Shown: positions 29,201 to 37,071 of the stretch, one piece after another
How positions within the stretch are numbered: position 1 is the stretch's first letter
Layout of the letters: the number at the start of each line of letters is the position of its first letter
Origin: Shigella phage B2
Direction: 5' to 3' (one strand)
Sequence record: OM858838
Length of the DNA: 64,000 nt
The notes under the pieces: generated by a model
What the model was told of the DNA's origin: nothing
What the model saw: the letters and a program-made list of their open reading frames with translations, nothing else
Database searches by the model: none
Position numbers and translations under genes: made by a program

Positions 29201-31441
29201 ATTCTTCTGAACTTCAGGAGATTTGTAAGTCTCTGGAGTAATCTCAGAAGGTAATGATTCCATGACTTTAGTCATTTCATCAGGAGTCAGTTTAAATCCT
29301 TCAGCAGTAGTCTTAACTGCCTGTACATCAGGATGATTCAGTACAGCATTAATATTATCAATAGCAGTCTGATACTGAGCTTTCTGGTCTTCTGGAGCAG
29401 CATCCATCTGTGCCTGAATCTGAGGTAATGCTTCTTCATATGCAGAGATAACACTGTTACCAACAGTAGCTAAATCTCTACGAGAAGCTTCATCTAGATT
29501 ACGTTCTTTAATGGCACGAGAGATTCTCAGAATAGAATCAGGAGAACTGATTTCTTCTTCTGGAATAGCTTTGAATACTTCTTTGGCAGCAGGTTCAGTA
29601 ACAGCATCTACAGCTTTAGTAGTTACAGTTGGTTCTACTGGCGCTTCAGTATTAGTTTGTGGGGCAGCTTGTTTAACTGATTCATTGGCAGCAGATACAG
29701 TATTTCTAAAGTCTTGTGCTCTGCTTTCAGTTCTACGAGTCTGTCTTGCATCAAATGCTGTACGACCTTGTTGAACTCCTTCTTGGATTGCTCTAGGTGT
29801 CTCACTGATAGCTGAACCAACAGCACCCATACCCGCACCAGCAATAGCAGATTCAGCAACGTTTGAACCAATACCCTCAATGAGGGATTGAGATTCGTCA
29901 GCAGAGCTACGTACCCCGAGATTAGAAGCGAACTGACCAGAAGCGCCCTGTAATGCTTCCTCAACAGTCTCTTTAGCAGCATTCTGTGAAACCCTTGAAG
30001 ATGCAGCCAGTAATCCTTTACCTTCCAGTAAAGATGGAGTTAACAGACGTGATTCAAAGGGAGCAGCAACCTTACCAGTTAATGCACCTAAAGTACCTGC
30101 CACAGCAGAAGTAACATTACCTGCTTGAGTACGTACCTGACTTCTAGCCTGAGATGGTGTAGCACCTTCAGCAATAAGGTCACGATACATTGGTGATTTT
30201 TCAGCTAACTGAGCATCAGTTAATTTATCAATCTCATCCAGTGACTGTTGAGCATTTGAACCAGCTTCTTGGAAACCAACGTAACCAATAAATGCTCTTT
30301 CAGCAGCATCCTGTAGACGCTTTCTACCAAACTCAGTAGCAGCTAATTTAGTAGCAAAGTCCTCACCATACTCTTGAGCCAATTGCTTCAAAGCACCACG
30401 AGTAGCTAACTTACCTACGATACCACCAGTCAGTAAGTCTGGAGCAGATTCAGCAATCAGAGTAGTTAATGCACCTGGTGAAGTACCATACTGTTCAGCA
30501 GTATTAACGAACTGACGTAACTGTTCCTTAGCACCAGCTACTAATGGATTATCACCTTTAGCAATATCAGCAGCTTCTCTTGCTGCACCGCCTTGTTCAA
30601 AGCGTTGCTTATTGGCTTCGATAACAGATTGTTCATATTGAACAGCAGGAGAATACTGAGAACGCTGTTCATCAACGAATTCTTTTAATGGCTTATCAAT
30701 ACCTGCTTGGTCTAACAGAGTAGGTTGCCCTACTTGGTCTTCTTGACCAGTAACATTAGCAATTAAATCCTGAGCATTCTGTAATGCTAAGTTACCTAAA
30801 CTAGTAGCAAATCTTGCAGTATTACCTGCCCATACTTGGGCAGCATTACCAATGTCTGAAAGTTCCATAGGAGCATTTTCAAACTGGTCTGTATTAGCTT
30901 GAGCAATATTTAATGCAAGTTTGTCTCTAGCCGCTTGAGGACCATACTTCTGCTGTAAAGCAGAGATAGGCATATCTTTTAAATCAGCAAGATATTGGTC
31001 ATTTGGATTAGTCTGTGCAGCTTGATTAGGAGCTACATAGTTAGGATGACTTGGGTCAAAAGGACCAGTACCACCAAATTCAGGAGATACTTGAGGATTA
31101 ATCATCCTACGATAGAAAGGCTTAGTTGCTGCAATAGCATCATAGTTAGCCTGCATATCAGGAGTGGTTGGTTGAGTCTCAGGAATATTAAAATTATTAA
31201 TATTCTGACCAGTCAACATTGCCTGCATCTGTTCACGAGTATATTTAGGACCAGATTCAGCCAGACGAATAGCTTCCTGTCCTCTCTGATATTCAGGAGA
31301 ACCTACAGGGAAATCTGTTTCTACTCCGGGTACTGGAGCACCCATCTCTACTTGTTTCTGCTGAGTGGCTTGATTTAGTTGTTGTGTTTTTTGTAAATCA
31401 ACTCCAGCTAATTGTTGTTCTTTTTCAAATCCGGTAGCCAT
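20216..31441 (-). CDS. giant virion RNA polymerase (N4 vRNAP-like), 3741 aa
   Basis: T7-like RNAP motifs: A (MLELDG, D1744), B (R1876-x3-K1880-x7-Y1888-SG), C (VFDG, D2161); Y-to-D spacing of 273 residues equals that I recall for N4 mini-vRNAP; position downstream of structural genes. Confidence 0.85.
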   Translation of the reverse strand: MATGFEKEQQLAGVDLQKTQQLNQATQQKQVEMGAPVPGVETDFPVGSPEYQRGQEAIRLAESGPKYTREQMQAMLTGQNINNFNIPETQPTTPDMQANYDAIAATKPFYRRMINPQVSPEFGGTGPFDPSHPNYVAPNQAAQTNPNDQYLADLKDMPISALQQKYGPQAARDKLALNIAQANTDQFENAPMELSDIGNAAQVWAGNTARFATSLGNLALQNAQDLIANVTGQEDQVGQPTLLDQAGIDKPLKEFVDEQRSQYSPAVQYEQSVIEANKQRFEQGGAAREAADIAKGDNPLVAGAKEQLRQFVNTAEQYGTSPGALTTLIAESAPDLLTGGIVGKLATRGALKQLAQEYGEDFATKLAATEFGRKRLQDAAERAFIGYVGFQEAGSNAQQSLDEIDKLTDAQLAEKSPMYRDLIAEGATPSQARSQVRTQAGNVTSAVAGTLGALTGKVAAPFESRLLTPSLLEGKGLLAASSRVSQNAAKETVEEALQGASGQFASNLGVRSSADESQSLIEGIGSNVAESAIAGAGMGAVGSAISETPRAIQEGVQQGRTAFDARQTRRTESRAQDFRNTVSAANESVKQAAPQTNTEAPVEPTVTTKAVDAVTEPAAKEVFKAIPEEEISSPDSILRISRAIKERNLDEASRRDLATVGNSVISAYEEALPQIQAQMDAAPEDQKAQYQTAIDNINAVLNHPDVQAVKTTAEGFKLTPDEMTKVMESLPSEITPETYKSPEVQKNVKSVLAQMNLDASSITPDVADRLVNSADTLGLSQQDVDKLKVISATGKAMSQVGKDVREGSDGFIGIQQYQQGIFRALSLGDTARAQGLLDHLNRFAEHMETKAAAFDQAAQNFTGNQPVEVINPTTGQPYLSLDGNPMTYHPVRSKGLIQEIRNDADAVRLAHTLTSQLVDGKPVDIPAQSAPVASEEVNNQTQESAPVKKETKPAPQQTTSSGIPAGPEMKSAEFTGQQQALYMQLGQYFTYNGKDYIAIGKDMGGIRAVPVNGGKTTIIPGEDTVTGKQDVLSSFNYGDTNVPYVMTPDGHIFSLRSTREVWATPSQARTDFLNHVRNTFPQPVSQQTTVEAPVETSEQTSQEEVQTPVQPEITQPVASEEAVRTEPVQGELFEKPDTVESDIQLQEKPTDVETDLMDESQLDLGSEKGVNYDILNGLQAETIRSDAKSTSDVDKEYQATNQVKKWFKPTGKRSAFLRTSNFSGRLNSIFTNGSNPITQIQNLFKGYIKPEQVTEKEVNVLRQFAGLVPAIEQSLIQSWGKLTPEGQRIFWETYPVEYFDEVRNINGENVYFLPQPVIEAMTAGMMQWFVRNASETTFNDDRTVMDILGLDNKTRPTVEQTDLLRNVGTDRQNVIDDLSREIFGVLGINADPNAPISVRDAVSKAMASEVLNVMINANLVQESVVKNSELAAVGSTKVNDSNMKNSRVFIRMNEESPAATRLVELMQNSNDLLGQLTNPQRERAGAYFGTPPKGQSTKVKNGGGQDIPEKMLAARNKASKQPHFINMGLHDLMLDKLGTQWIGRMLGIQSEENTNGAHLKSIQGSNRTIERDINTLVNGLTRMVEAGLPLATTPVYFGYNVISNFRMMLNSGDLNPQSAKLHRELVTVEPSTIELNNPQHGAFLDYAIAQGLDIAVDKLSSETARDRLNKAISTGLFRDAIDILKAAENQDAISDSDAETLLQAVKAGKEKTKTLHALYAQAQYELAVEQGKTSFQTHVMLELDGVTNGPFNSIVQLGLKDVNQDLLNKLEKGGFFYGQSDRLYNDAAEEPGFLDLYKTAAADSQQYINRMMDSVRNIPNRIAAMKNKPRQFQQKEMREIERLKNQMRVTLAASKLIGDVNIVEGENVDHPIQIGRGLLKNPVTVTVYSGGATAINRKIAMGIANGYYEAITEALRAVDAATNQEERDAAIEHINDLTNTTNELTTARVFRNGSWVQIGSPINLGQDVTMFEFDGEQIEAITQNIKIGIGAAVNESIANEFGTVVNRGKMMVYAAAVMHEVFMSRWNKEVERLETELRKEGKLSKYESLSQQQYNDIKNYLIGSMPIFNSWFTANNLDVEKLNEGILLSEEGRVPSDVHRMESRGRRELDGKMRRSTFGVDMPTYTEPGTRVMPLLVQSVEAAMQAIARDINPNNALNVFDGYINAVSHLDTGSQAINQGVLQSWNEFDLLQDFTNRFEQAMDGVNLAEELGPEADVRLEQSFRGIMEMIGADETNAPTSPEVVEAFTTLLKREAATQTAIKQGLLGGEAITSINQMTGANIPFNVKNGKQTDGEATDTRTPLEQLVANTELPTMDSVSLPKGRVTIPPTRQMTEALDRNGRTVKGHEGVKVLAKGDVVAAVREAAKSLPSRQNRITGFILDKIINSIPNDINVYVGSPEALSGVQQEMTPDTKVEFNDTFLGLTQGQNIYIGSQSIETVMHELIHAATADTVHNYYSNPEAITPAQRVEVASIEGLMNKFVNEYSSTNPETDAVVDLINTHIASGNMSQATAEFIAWGLVNPRMIDAMTQKTIAGTVTNVLKQLADSIKRLFAIGSNPDVTSYWSRLLGHTVALTDSTNPVKSNDETSYAQTNANNINRLDAETLFNKLDAGKATQDHVNHLTDTLDYLQSNIIKVIKNTGQQISGLDHYQEKLLVDSIDPEIDNSPNALIAHGFNMSEKEAFVFKMLQVSMKYGLENFSPSVLVARSLYAQARDTLKVEDFLTDPNNRSASEMALAKQRYDAVFGNTAVTTDATGRTNRLANFIALAETNEQLRNKLSQISVKRTRQTPATTLRERIGDLTNAILTWLSGLATKSLGNTDVASRLTKLAKNISHVDSEARDNLFGRLVRGAEKITDTTQDKLKSFGHTIRRQLLKVEKKVPKSVAFGITAGSAVFNDQDAQDVRDAITNIYMTIHQNGKLGTVAELINEFIGSNETNSTIHTLLTQKNMAADRARQIIREMVPGMIESTFVSLNQTEKEAIQRVVANTDMAYLFANGYDLARLNELLTNPTELAKEIASIESQLQTAGAQNAPFYIKSAYGLAKQMVHGVSPLAYQLPNAAAIARLIGTGRVRPNDATVNTVTQLVDTMASLAALKELSQTDIATVSNLINREMTKGEPNNNGMTFTLKYYSSLQGAELAKSGQNQALAGIKGFTPTLSDPNKKVIIASIKDEPSLSRRGYTRGAQVARDPQDTNKEPMYYYHSNNGGEPRWIAGVMSTLQNTVGGVNPITGRTVNGAMTPGIWRATEKNNLSTRKRSSIDNLFDANAPMPTGNNSYMQPVLNRAGSIMGYSYQMPRANKEAHLDVDNDFTKVIGAWEGRIAEEIQAARYNEMLLQRLHEMYVKDAREGRAYQYITMDENSTDHQLKEIYELMPIEMKEQAKKIWPDGKIKVRKDLLNNAFGYREPSVLNMWTGQTGYSKEFQKAFTSIAETFLGKNAARYLRLGERGLMEFVKEMKDWIVVRSIVVSAANIVSNMVHLATVGVSPVTMAKDMSTAVLAAEEYRKNEKLINEYSHYLAVNHNPKMADEYQRKISELKDSQARNPVADLIKAGLLPTIAEDLGQQDNYSLKDKLLNKMDEYTSGIPDSVKRVAKEVTLSRDSNVYFLLNRSIQYGDFVAKYSLYKHLTTRKSNPMDKDSALNRVMDEFVNYDVLPSRTRFYLDAIGLTWFLNYKIRIQKIILRTIRENPLRALFLMFGNSVESGLPNITEANLVTGSLSYNVGMGTALNGLTVHPLVSLY

Positions 31442-31516
31442 TAGGAATCCTCAGAAGGGAAATAACTGATATGAAGTGTACTAAAAGAAATCCCTCACTA
31501 GGAGGGATTTTGTCAT

Positions 31517-32941
31517 TTATCTGGTAGAAGTATTCACTTTTGGATTACCTAACGTATCCTCAAGGAACTTTCTAAGCTCTTGCCGTTGTCCTGTGTAATC
31601 AGGAACAACTGGCTGGAATGCAGGTACATCAGTACCAGTGATATTAGCTTTAGGAATATTCCTTTGAAACTGAACCAATGGAGCACTGGCTTGTTTCATT
31701 AAAGTATCACCTGACTTATCTACCAATCTTAATGCATCTGTTAATGCTTGCTTGGCAGCAGCATTGTTAGCAGTCTTCATAATGTCTTTAGCATTGGATT
31801 CAACATCCCCAAAAGAGATTGTTACACCATCTGCTAAACCACCCCATCTAGATGGGCTAAGAGACTTCTCAACAATGTATCCAATGGTTGCTGGAGTAGC
31901 ATTAGGATACGCTTTCTTAGCTCTAGTATAGGCTTCTGTGGCTTCATTAGGGTCTGCTAATCTACCTTGCAAACTCTTAATTACATCATCAGCAGAAGTC
32001 TTTTTATCGTCCTGTAAATTAAATACAGTTGGGTCAATACCAGAACTTAAGAATGCAGCATTAACTTCCTGTGTAGCATCAGCTTTATACTGGTCAGCAG
32101 CTTCTTTAATCAATGCACTCTGGTTCTGAATAACTGCTGTTTGAGAAGGAGTAGGAGCACCAAGAGTAGCAATGTTTTGAGCTACAGCACCAGCAACCTG
32201 ATTACCTGTAACAGGGTTAATATCATATTTCTTCTGCAACTCAGCAGCTTTAGCAGCAGGAGATTTATCTGGATTATCCAGAACCCATTGGTTTAATTCC
32301 TGACCATAAGAACGTAAATTACTACGCTCTTTATTAGCAGCATTCCTTTCAGCATTAGCAGAAGCTCTAGCAGCACGAGATTCAGCAAGCTGTGCTCTCT
32401 GTAATCCCATCTGTTCAATCTGCTGTCTACGGTTAGTCAAATCACCATACAATTGACGAGAGTCAGCAAAATTAGCTTCATTGGCTCTCAAGAACTGTTC
32501 AGCCTGATTAGGATTAGAAGCCAATAAAGAATAGAACTGATTCTCAAATGGTTGAGAAGCCTGTTCCTTCTGTGCTTGTTCTAATTGAATCTGACCTTGT
32601 AAGTCCTGTCTCAATTGTCCGGGACGAGTAGCCAATGTCTGGTTAATAGCAGACTGGTCTACAGCAGCACCAAACCTTTCTCTTAAAGCATCTGGATTAA
32701 AGTCTGCTCTTGCAGCATCTAATTGAGATGGGTCAGTAAAACCAAGTAATTGATTCTGAATATCAGCAGTATTTTGAGTACGTGCCGTATTAAAATTGAT
32801 ATTACTTAGCTGTTGATTCTGCTGAATAGGGGCTAATAAACCAGAGATTGCATCTCTGATACTTTGATTGCCAGCAAGTTGAAGTCTGGCTACTCCACCT
32901 AAGTCTGGAGCATCAATATTTCTCCAAGTAATCTGAGCCAT
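31517..32941 (-). CDS. virion structural protein (Q/N/A-rich)
   Basis: large ORF in late operon upstream of vRNAP. Confidence 0.55.
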   Translation of the reverse strand: MAQITWRNIDAPDLGGVARLQLAGNQSIRDAISGLLAPIQQNQQLSNINFNTARTQNTADIQNQLLGFTDPSQLDAARADFNPDALRERFGAAVDQSAINQTLATRPGQLRQDLQGQIQLEQAQKEQASQPFENQFYSLLASNPNQAEQFLRANEANFADSRQLYGDLTNRRQQIEQMGLQRAQLAESRAARASANAERNAANKERSNLRSYGQELNQWVLDNPDKSPAAKAAELQKKYDINPVTGNQVAGAVAQNIATLGAPTPSQTAVIQNQSALIKEAADQYKADATQEVNAAFLSSGIDPTVFNLQDDKKTSADDVIKSLQGRLADPNEATEAYTRAKKAYPNATPATIGYIVEKSLSPSRWGGLADGVTISFGDVESNAKDIMKTANNAAAKQALTDALRLVDKSGDTLMKQASAPLVQFQRNIPKANITGTDVPAFQPVVPDYTGQRQELRKFLEDTLGNPKVNTSTR

Positions 32942-32950
32942 GATTTCCCC

Positions 32951-33415
32951 TTACAGACGGTTCTTATCTAAATAGCTTTGAACGTCCTGTTCTTTACCAG
33001 CATAGTCAGAAGTACGACCTCTAATACGGTCTTCTAAAGCAGTATTATAAGTCTGTCTCTGGTTAGCCAAGTTTGTATTAAAAGCATTCTTCTGGAAGTT
33101 CAATTGGTCTTTAGCTAAGCCAAGAGTCTGCATACCATTCCATGCTTGGAACAATGAACCAAGACCTTGTAAGGTAGGAGATACTATACCCATAGATTGA
33201 AAGCCTGTAGATGGGTCAGTACCACCAAACAAAGAACGACTAGTATCGCCATTTAACCAATTAGAGAATGCTGAAAACATTCCATTATCTGCAACTGGAG
33301 CATTACCTGTACTCAAAGGAGCATTTAATACAGAACTTTGAGTAGGATTATATCCACCCGTTAATAGTTGAGCTTGGTCTGGGGCTTGATACCCAAAATT
33401 TAAATCAAATGCCAT
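32951..33415 (-). CDS. virion structural protein
   Basis: ORF in late operon. Confidence 0.5.
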   Translation of the reverse strand: MAFDLNFGYQAPDQAQLLTGGYNPTQSSVLNAPLSTGNAPVADNGMFSAFSNWLNGDTSRSLFGGTDPSTGFQSMGIVSPTLQGLGSLFQAWNGMQTLGLAKDQLNFQKNAFNTNLANQRQTYNTALEDRIRGRTSDYAGKEQDVQSYLDKNRL

Positions 33416-33417
33416 CG

Positions 33418-35745
33418 TTAACTCCTTAATGAATTTAAGTCAGTAGGTAATGTTAAAGCATAATCCACATAACTACCGATACTATCTAGTGTAACAGTAC
33501 CTGGATTCATATTTAATGTTCTGGCGAAAAATTCATCTGGTTGTTCAAACAGATTAAAGAATGCAGCATTCATTAAACCATCAATATCAATATTGGGATT
33601 TGGATTACCAAGAGCATCCATAGCATCTTCGATATCTTGCATCTGCTTCTGGTAGTTTTCTTGGTTCTTCTGCATGTCTTTAATTACATCTTGTAATTCT
33701 CTCTGTAGCTCTCCCTGAGCACCTTTTGATACAGCAGGTACTAATCCCATTACCTCATTAGCATAAGGCAACCCAGCATTGCCTGTAGAGCCATATGATT
33801 GGTATGCAGATACTGCCCCATATGCCAGCATAGCTACAGCAGCAATAAACATGATATTTGGTCCAAGGTATCTAGCCAACAAAGACATACCTACACCAAT
33901 AGCAATACCAATTGCTACTTGAGTAGCTAAGTAAATTGCTACAGCTAATGCCACTGATGTACCAGCAGCAGTTGCACCTGCGGCAGCAGCAGCTACCCCA
34001 GCAGATAATGTACCAGCAGAGTACACAGCAATTACAACAGCAATGATAATGGTTACTACTTTGAATATACCTGTCTGATACCACTTAGCTTTAGTAACTT
34101 CATATGAGTTAACCACTATATGTAAGCAGTCAAACGTCATCTGAGTACGTTGAACAATCTGCTGTGCTTCTACTACGTTTACACATAAAGGAATTAAGAA
34201 GCCTTCATTGTCTGGGTCATTCAAACTAGCTTCACCAGTGATATTTACTGAGTGTCCTTTATATACATAATTAACATGTTCTAAACCACATACCTCTACT
34301 TCTTCATATTGAGTAGCTGAAATCTGTTTACGGAAAGTAATGACAGTTACATCAGCAGTCATCTCTGTTGATTGGTTAAATTGATTAATTATCTGGATAG
34401 CAGCAGCAGGTCCAGATGTTCTAGTCACAGTTCCTTTAGGACCAATAGAACCAGTCTTCACAATCAATGATGAGTATTGGTAAGCAATAGAAATATTGTA
34501 TGGGTCTTCCTTAAGACTCAATCTGTTTACAGGAGGCTTAGGGGATATGTTTGATATGCTACCTGTATCTGGGTCAACATTCTCATTATACCAAGTTACG
34601 TACTTGGTTTTATCTGAGGGGGATACCTGAGCCAAGTACTTAAAAAACTCATGTAAGTAATCCATAGAGGATTCATATTGTGAGTTCAGTGAGATGCCTA
34701 ATACAAAAAATGCATGGTCAATATCATCAACATCAGGGTTCTCATTAATCTTATCTCCAAGCATAGTGTACTTGAGATTAAGTTTATTCATGAGAGTCTT
34801 AGATGTTTTAAACATCTCAGGGCTTACATTAGCAGGGTCAGTGTAATCAGTGTTATTTACTCGTAATGGAACTACAGGATAGTAAGCAGAATCCTTAATG
34901 AAACTATCTTGAATAACATCAAGAGTAGGATACGTACCTAAGCCAGCCTGATAAATGAAGTACTGCTTACGAGACAAATCATCAACAATGACAGTTGTTG
35001 TAATCTTGGTTTCAGTCTCAGCATCATTTACTTCAGTCACTACTGTAGTTGTAGTGATAGTGAAATGACCAAAGTTATTATCTGTAGTCTCACTAGTAGT
35101 AGTGCCATCTACATCGCCCGGTTCAAATGGTCTGGTTTCAGTAGTGACAGTAGGAGTACCGGGAGTACGTACACGGTAAATAACTTGGTAGTATTCTTTG
35201 GTGTAATCGATATCAGGGAATGATTTATTCTCTGTAAAATCTATATCAGGTGGAGTATTACTCATCTGAATAGTAGCTACACCGTTGTTATCAATTGTCC
35301 AATCAATAACAGCATTAGCATTTACACCGGATGGTGGATTACCCATGCCTCCATAGTCTGCATCCCATTGGTATTGGTCAGTAAGATACTGCTCAATCCA
35401 ATAAGATAAATCAGCTACGTTATAATCAGACATGACTATAGATACTTGTTTGCCTGCATTCAGAGATGATAATACAGCCAGCAAATCATCATTATTAGGT
35501 GTTCCATAGAAGATGGAACCATCAGGTAAACCAAGTTCATAGTAATCTCTACCGTATCTATAGACCTGTCTAATCTTGGTTCCCATTCCTTTGAGATATG
35601 CTTGTGGGATAGCTGTACCAAAGTCACTACCCTGCATTACAGAAGACGTGATTAGTTTCTGTAAAAAGTTAGTAGGGTTATCCCCTGCTAAGTTAACAGT
35701 GACTGAAGATACAGAGATGATTTTCTTTCTACTGAATAATCCCAT
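33418..35745 (-). CDS. virion protein with ~80-residue hydrophobic membrane-spanning segment (candidate ejection/channel protein)
   Basis: long Ala/Ile/Val/Gly-rich hydrophobic tract; T-rich N-terminal half. Confidence 0.55.
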   Translation of the reverse strand: MGLFSRKKIISVSSVTVNLAGDNPTNFLQKLITSSVMQGSDFGTAIPQAYLKGMGTKIRQVYRYGRDYYELGLPDGSIFYGTPNNDDLLAVLSSLNAGKQVSIVMSDYNVADLSYWIEQYLTDQYQWDADYGGMGNPPSGVNANAVIDWTIDNNGVATIQMSNTPPDIDFTENKSFPDIDYTKEYYQVIYRVRTPGTPTVTTETRPFEPGDVDGTTTSETTDNNFGHFTITTTTVVTEVNDAETETKITTTVIVDDLSRKQYFIYQAGLGTYPTLDVIQDSFIKDSAYYPVVPLRVNNTDYTDPANVSPEMFKTSKTLMNKLNLKYTMLGDKINENPDVDDIDHAFFVLGISLNSQYESSMDYLHEFFKYLAQVSPSDKTKYVTWYNENVDPDTGSISNISPKPPVNRLSLKEDPYNISIAYQYSSLIVKTGSIGPKGTVTRTSGPAAAIQIINQFNQSTEMTADVTVITFRKQISATQYEEVEVCGLEHVNYVYKGHSVNITGEASLNDPDNEGFLIPLCVNVVEAQQIVQRTQMTFDCLHIVVNSYEVTKAKWYQTGIFKVVTIIIAVVIAVYSAGTLSAGVAAAAAGATAAGTSVALAVAIYLATQVAIGIAIGVGMSLLARYLGPNIMFIAAVAMLAYGAVSAYQSYGSTGNAGLPYANEVMGLVPAVSKGAQGELQRELQDVIKDMQKNQENYQKQMQDIEDAMDALGNPNPNIDIDGLMNAAFFNLFEQPDEFFARTLNMNPGTVTLDSIGSYVDYALTLPTDLNSLRS

Positions 35746-35776
35746 AAGTATTAAAGGAGGCTTTCGCCTCCTCTCC

Positions 35777-36397
35777 TTAGTAGTTTACGCTAACCCCATC
35801 TGCTACTTTCCTCGTAAACGCATCCACCGCAGCAGTGTCGAATCCTGTTGGTAATGGCGTACCATCATCAACTGTCTTACGAGTAATCCAAGTATCAGAA
35901 ATAATCTTCAATGCCTTCTGTTCAGCATCTCTGATGAAGCCATCTTTCTGTTGTTTATACAGTGCAATCTGAGCACCAATAATACCGGTTACAGGTACAC
36001 TATCAACAGTATCTGAAATCTGTGCTTTCTCAGTCTTAACCTTCTGAGCAATAAGTTCCTTGTTAAGCTCTAACAGTTCAATCTCTTTATCAGCTTTCTC
36101 AAGTTCCTTATCAGCCAGTTCAATTTGCTTATTGGCTAATTCAATCTGAGCATTAATCAGAAGGTTATTGAGATAGGTTTTATCCTTTTCAATAAGGAAA
36201 GTAACAGCTTGTTGTAGAACTGCTGTTAACTGGCCTAAGTATACCTCTGCATACTGAGTACCAGTGATTCTTTCCATATCCCACTGAGCACTAAGATGAG
36301 CATTGGCTGCTGTCATCAACTCATCAAAGATACCAGTACCATCAACTACTTTAGTAGTCAGGTCTTCATTTGTAATTGGTTCGATAACAACAGCCAT
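35777..36397 (-). CDS. structural protein with coiled-coil segment
   Basis: ELANKQIELADKELEKADKEIELLELNKEL heptad-like repeats. Confidence 0.5.
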   Translation of the reverse strand: MAVVIEPITNEDLTTKVVDGTGIFDELMTAANAHLSAQWDMERITGTQYAEVYLGQLTAVLQQAVTFLIEKDKTYLNNLLINAQIELANKQIELADKELEKADKEIELLELNKELIAQKVKTEKAQISDTVDSVPVTGIIGAQIALYKQQKDGFIRDAEQKALKIISDTWITRKTVDDGTPLPTGFDTAAVDAFTRKVADGVSVNY

Positions 36398-36407
36398 TAT
36401 CTACTCC

Positions 36408-36956
36408 TTAATCGATAGATTTAGCAGCAGCCTGTTGGTTCTTCAGGTCTTCTAACTCAGCAGGAGTCAGATTAGGAAGAACTTCAATTGCATAAGCATT
36501 GGCTTGAACAGACTGTTGTGTATCACCCTTAGGACCTTTGATGGTCTTAATGGATGCATACTTACGGTCACGTAAGAACTTATAAATGATGTTAGGTACG
36601 TGGTAACCATTCTCGTAGAACTCTTCACGATAAGGTACGAACACTTTAATGTTACCTACCACGTCATTGGAGACAGTAATAATCTCACCTTGATAATCTG
36701 CTTTGTTTGGGTCCATACAAGTCAGACGAATACGTACAAGCTTCATAGCTTCATCTGCTGCTTCAGCACGTAACTGTGCAGGGGATTTGGTTTTAGTTTC
36801 AGTCACAGTTTCTACCTCAGCAGTTGTATTGGATTCACCATTTAATTTAGCTTGGACTTTCTCACGTAACTTTTCCAAACCAATGTTTGGATGATAAGCA
36901 ATACCTAGCTGGTCAGCTTGTGTTTTTAGTAAATCAAGTTCGTTTAAATCAGACAT
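36408..36956 (-). CDS. structural protein
   Basis: ORF directly downstream of capsid-gene terminator. Confidence 0.5.
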   Translation of the reverse strand: MSDLNELDLLKTQADQLGIAYHPNIGLEKLREKVQAKLNGESNTTAEVETVTETKTKSPAQLRAEAADEAMKLVRIRLTCMDPNKADYQGEIITVSNDVVGNIKVFVPYREEFYENGYHVPNIIYKFLRDRKYASIKTIKGPKGDTQQSVQANAYAIEVLPNLTPAELEDLKNQQAAAKSID

Positions 36957-37028
36957 ACAGTTTCCTTTTAAATTTCTGGGTGGAACCAGTTTTAACTAGT
37001 CTCGGTAAGTTTACCGTATTTTATAGAT

Positions 37029-37057
37029 AAAAAAAGAGTGGGTTTCCCCACTCTTAG
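37029..37057 (-). terminator. intrinsic terminator after putative major capsid gene
   Basis: stem agagtggg/cccactct with A7 run on + strand (U-run on - strand transcript). Confidence 0.6.
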
Positions 37058-37071
37058 TTAGTTTTAGCTCA

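Noticed and set aside
21344-30995. Numerous 60-130-aa + strand ORFs inside the giant minus-strand gene
   Set aside because: All lie within the continuous 11.2-kb vRNAP reading frame on the opposite strand, lack ribosome-binding sites and have atypical composition.
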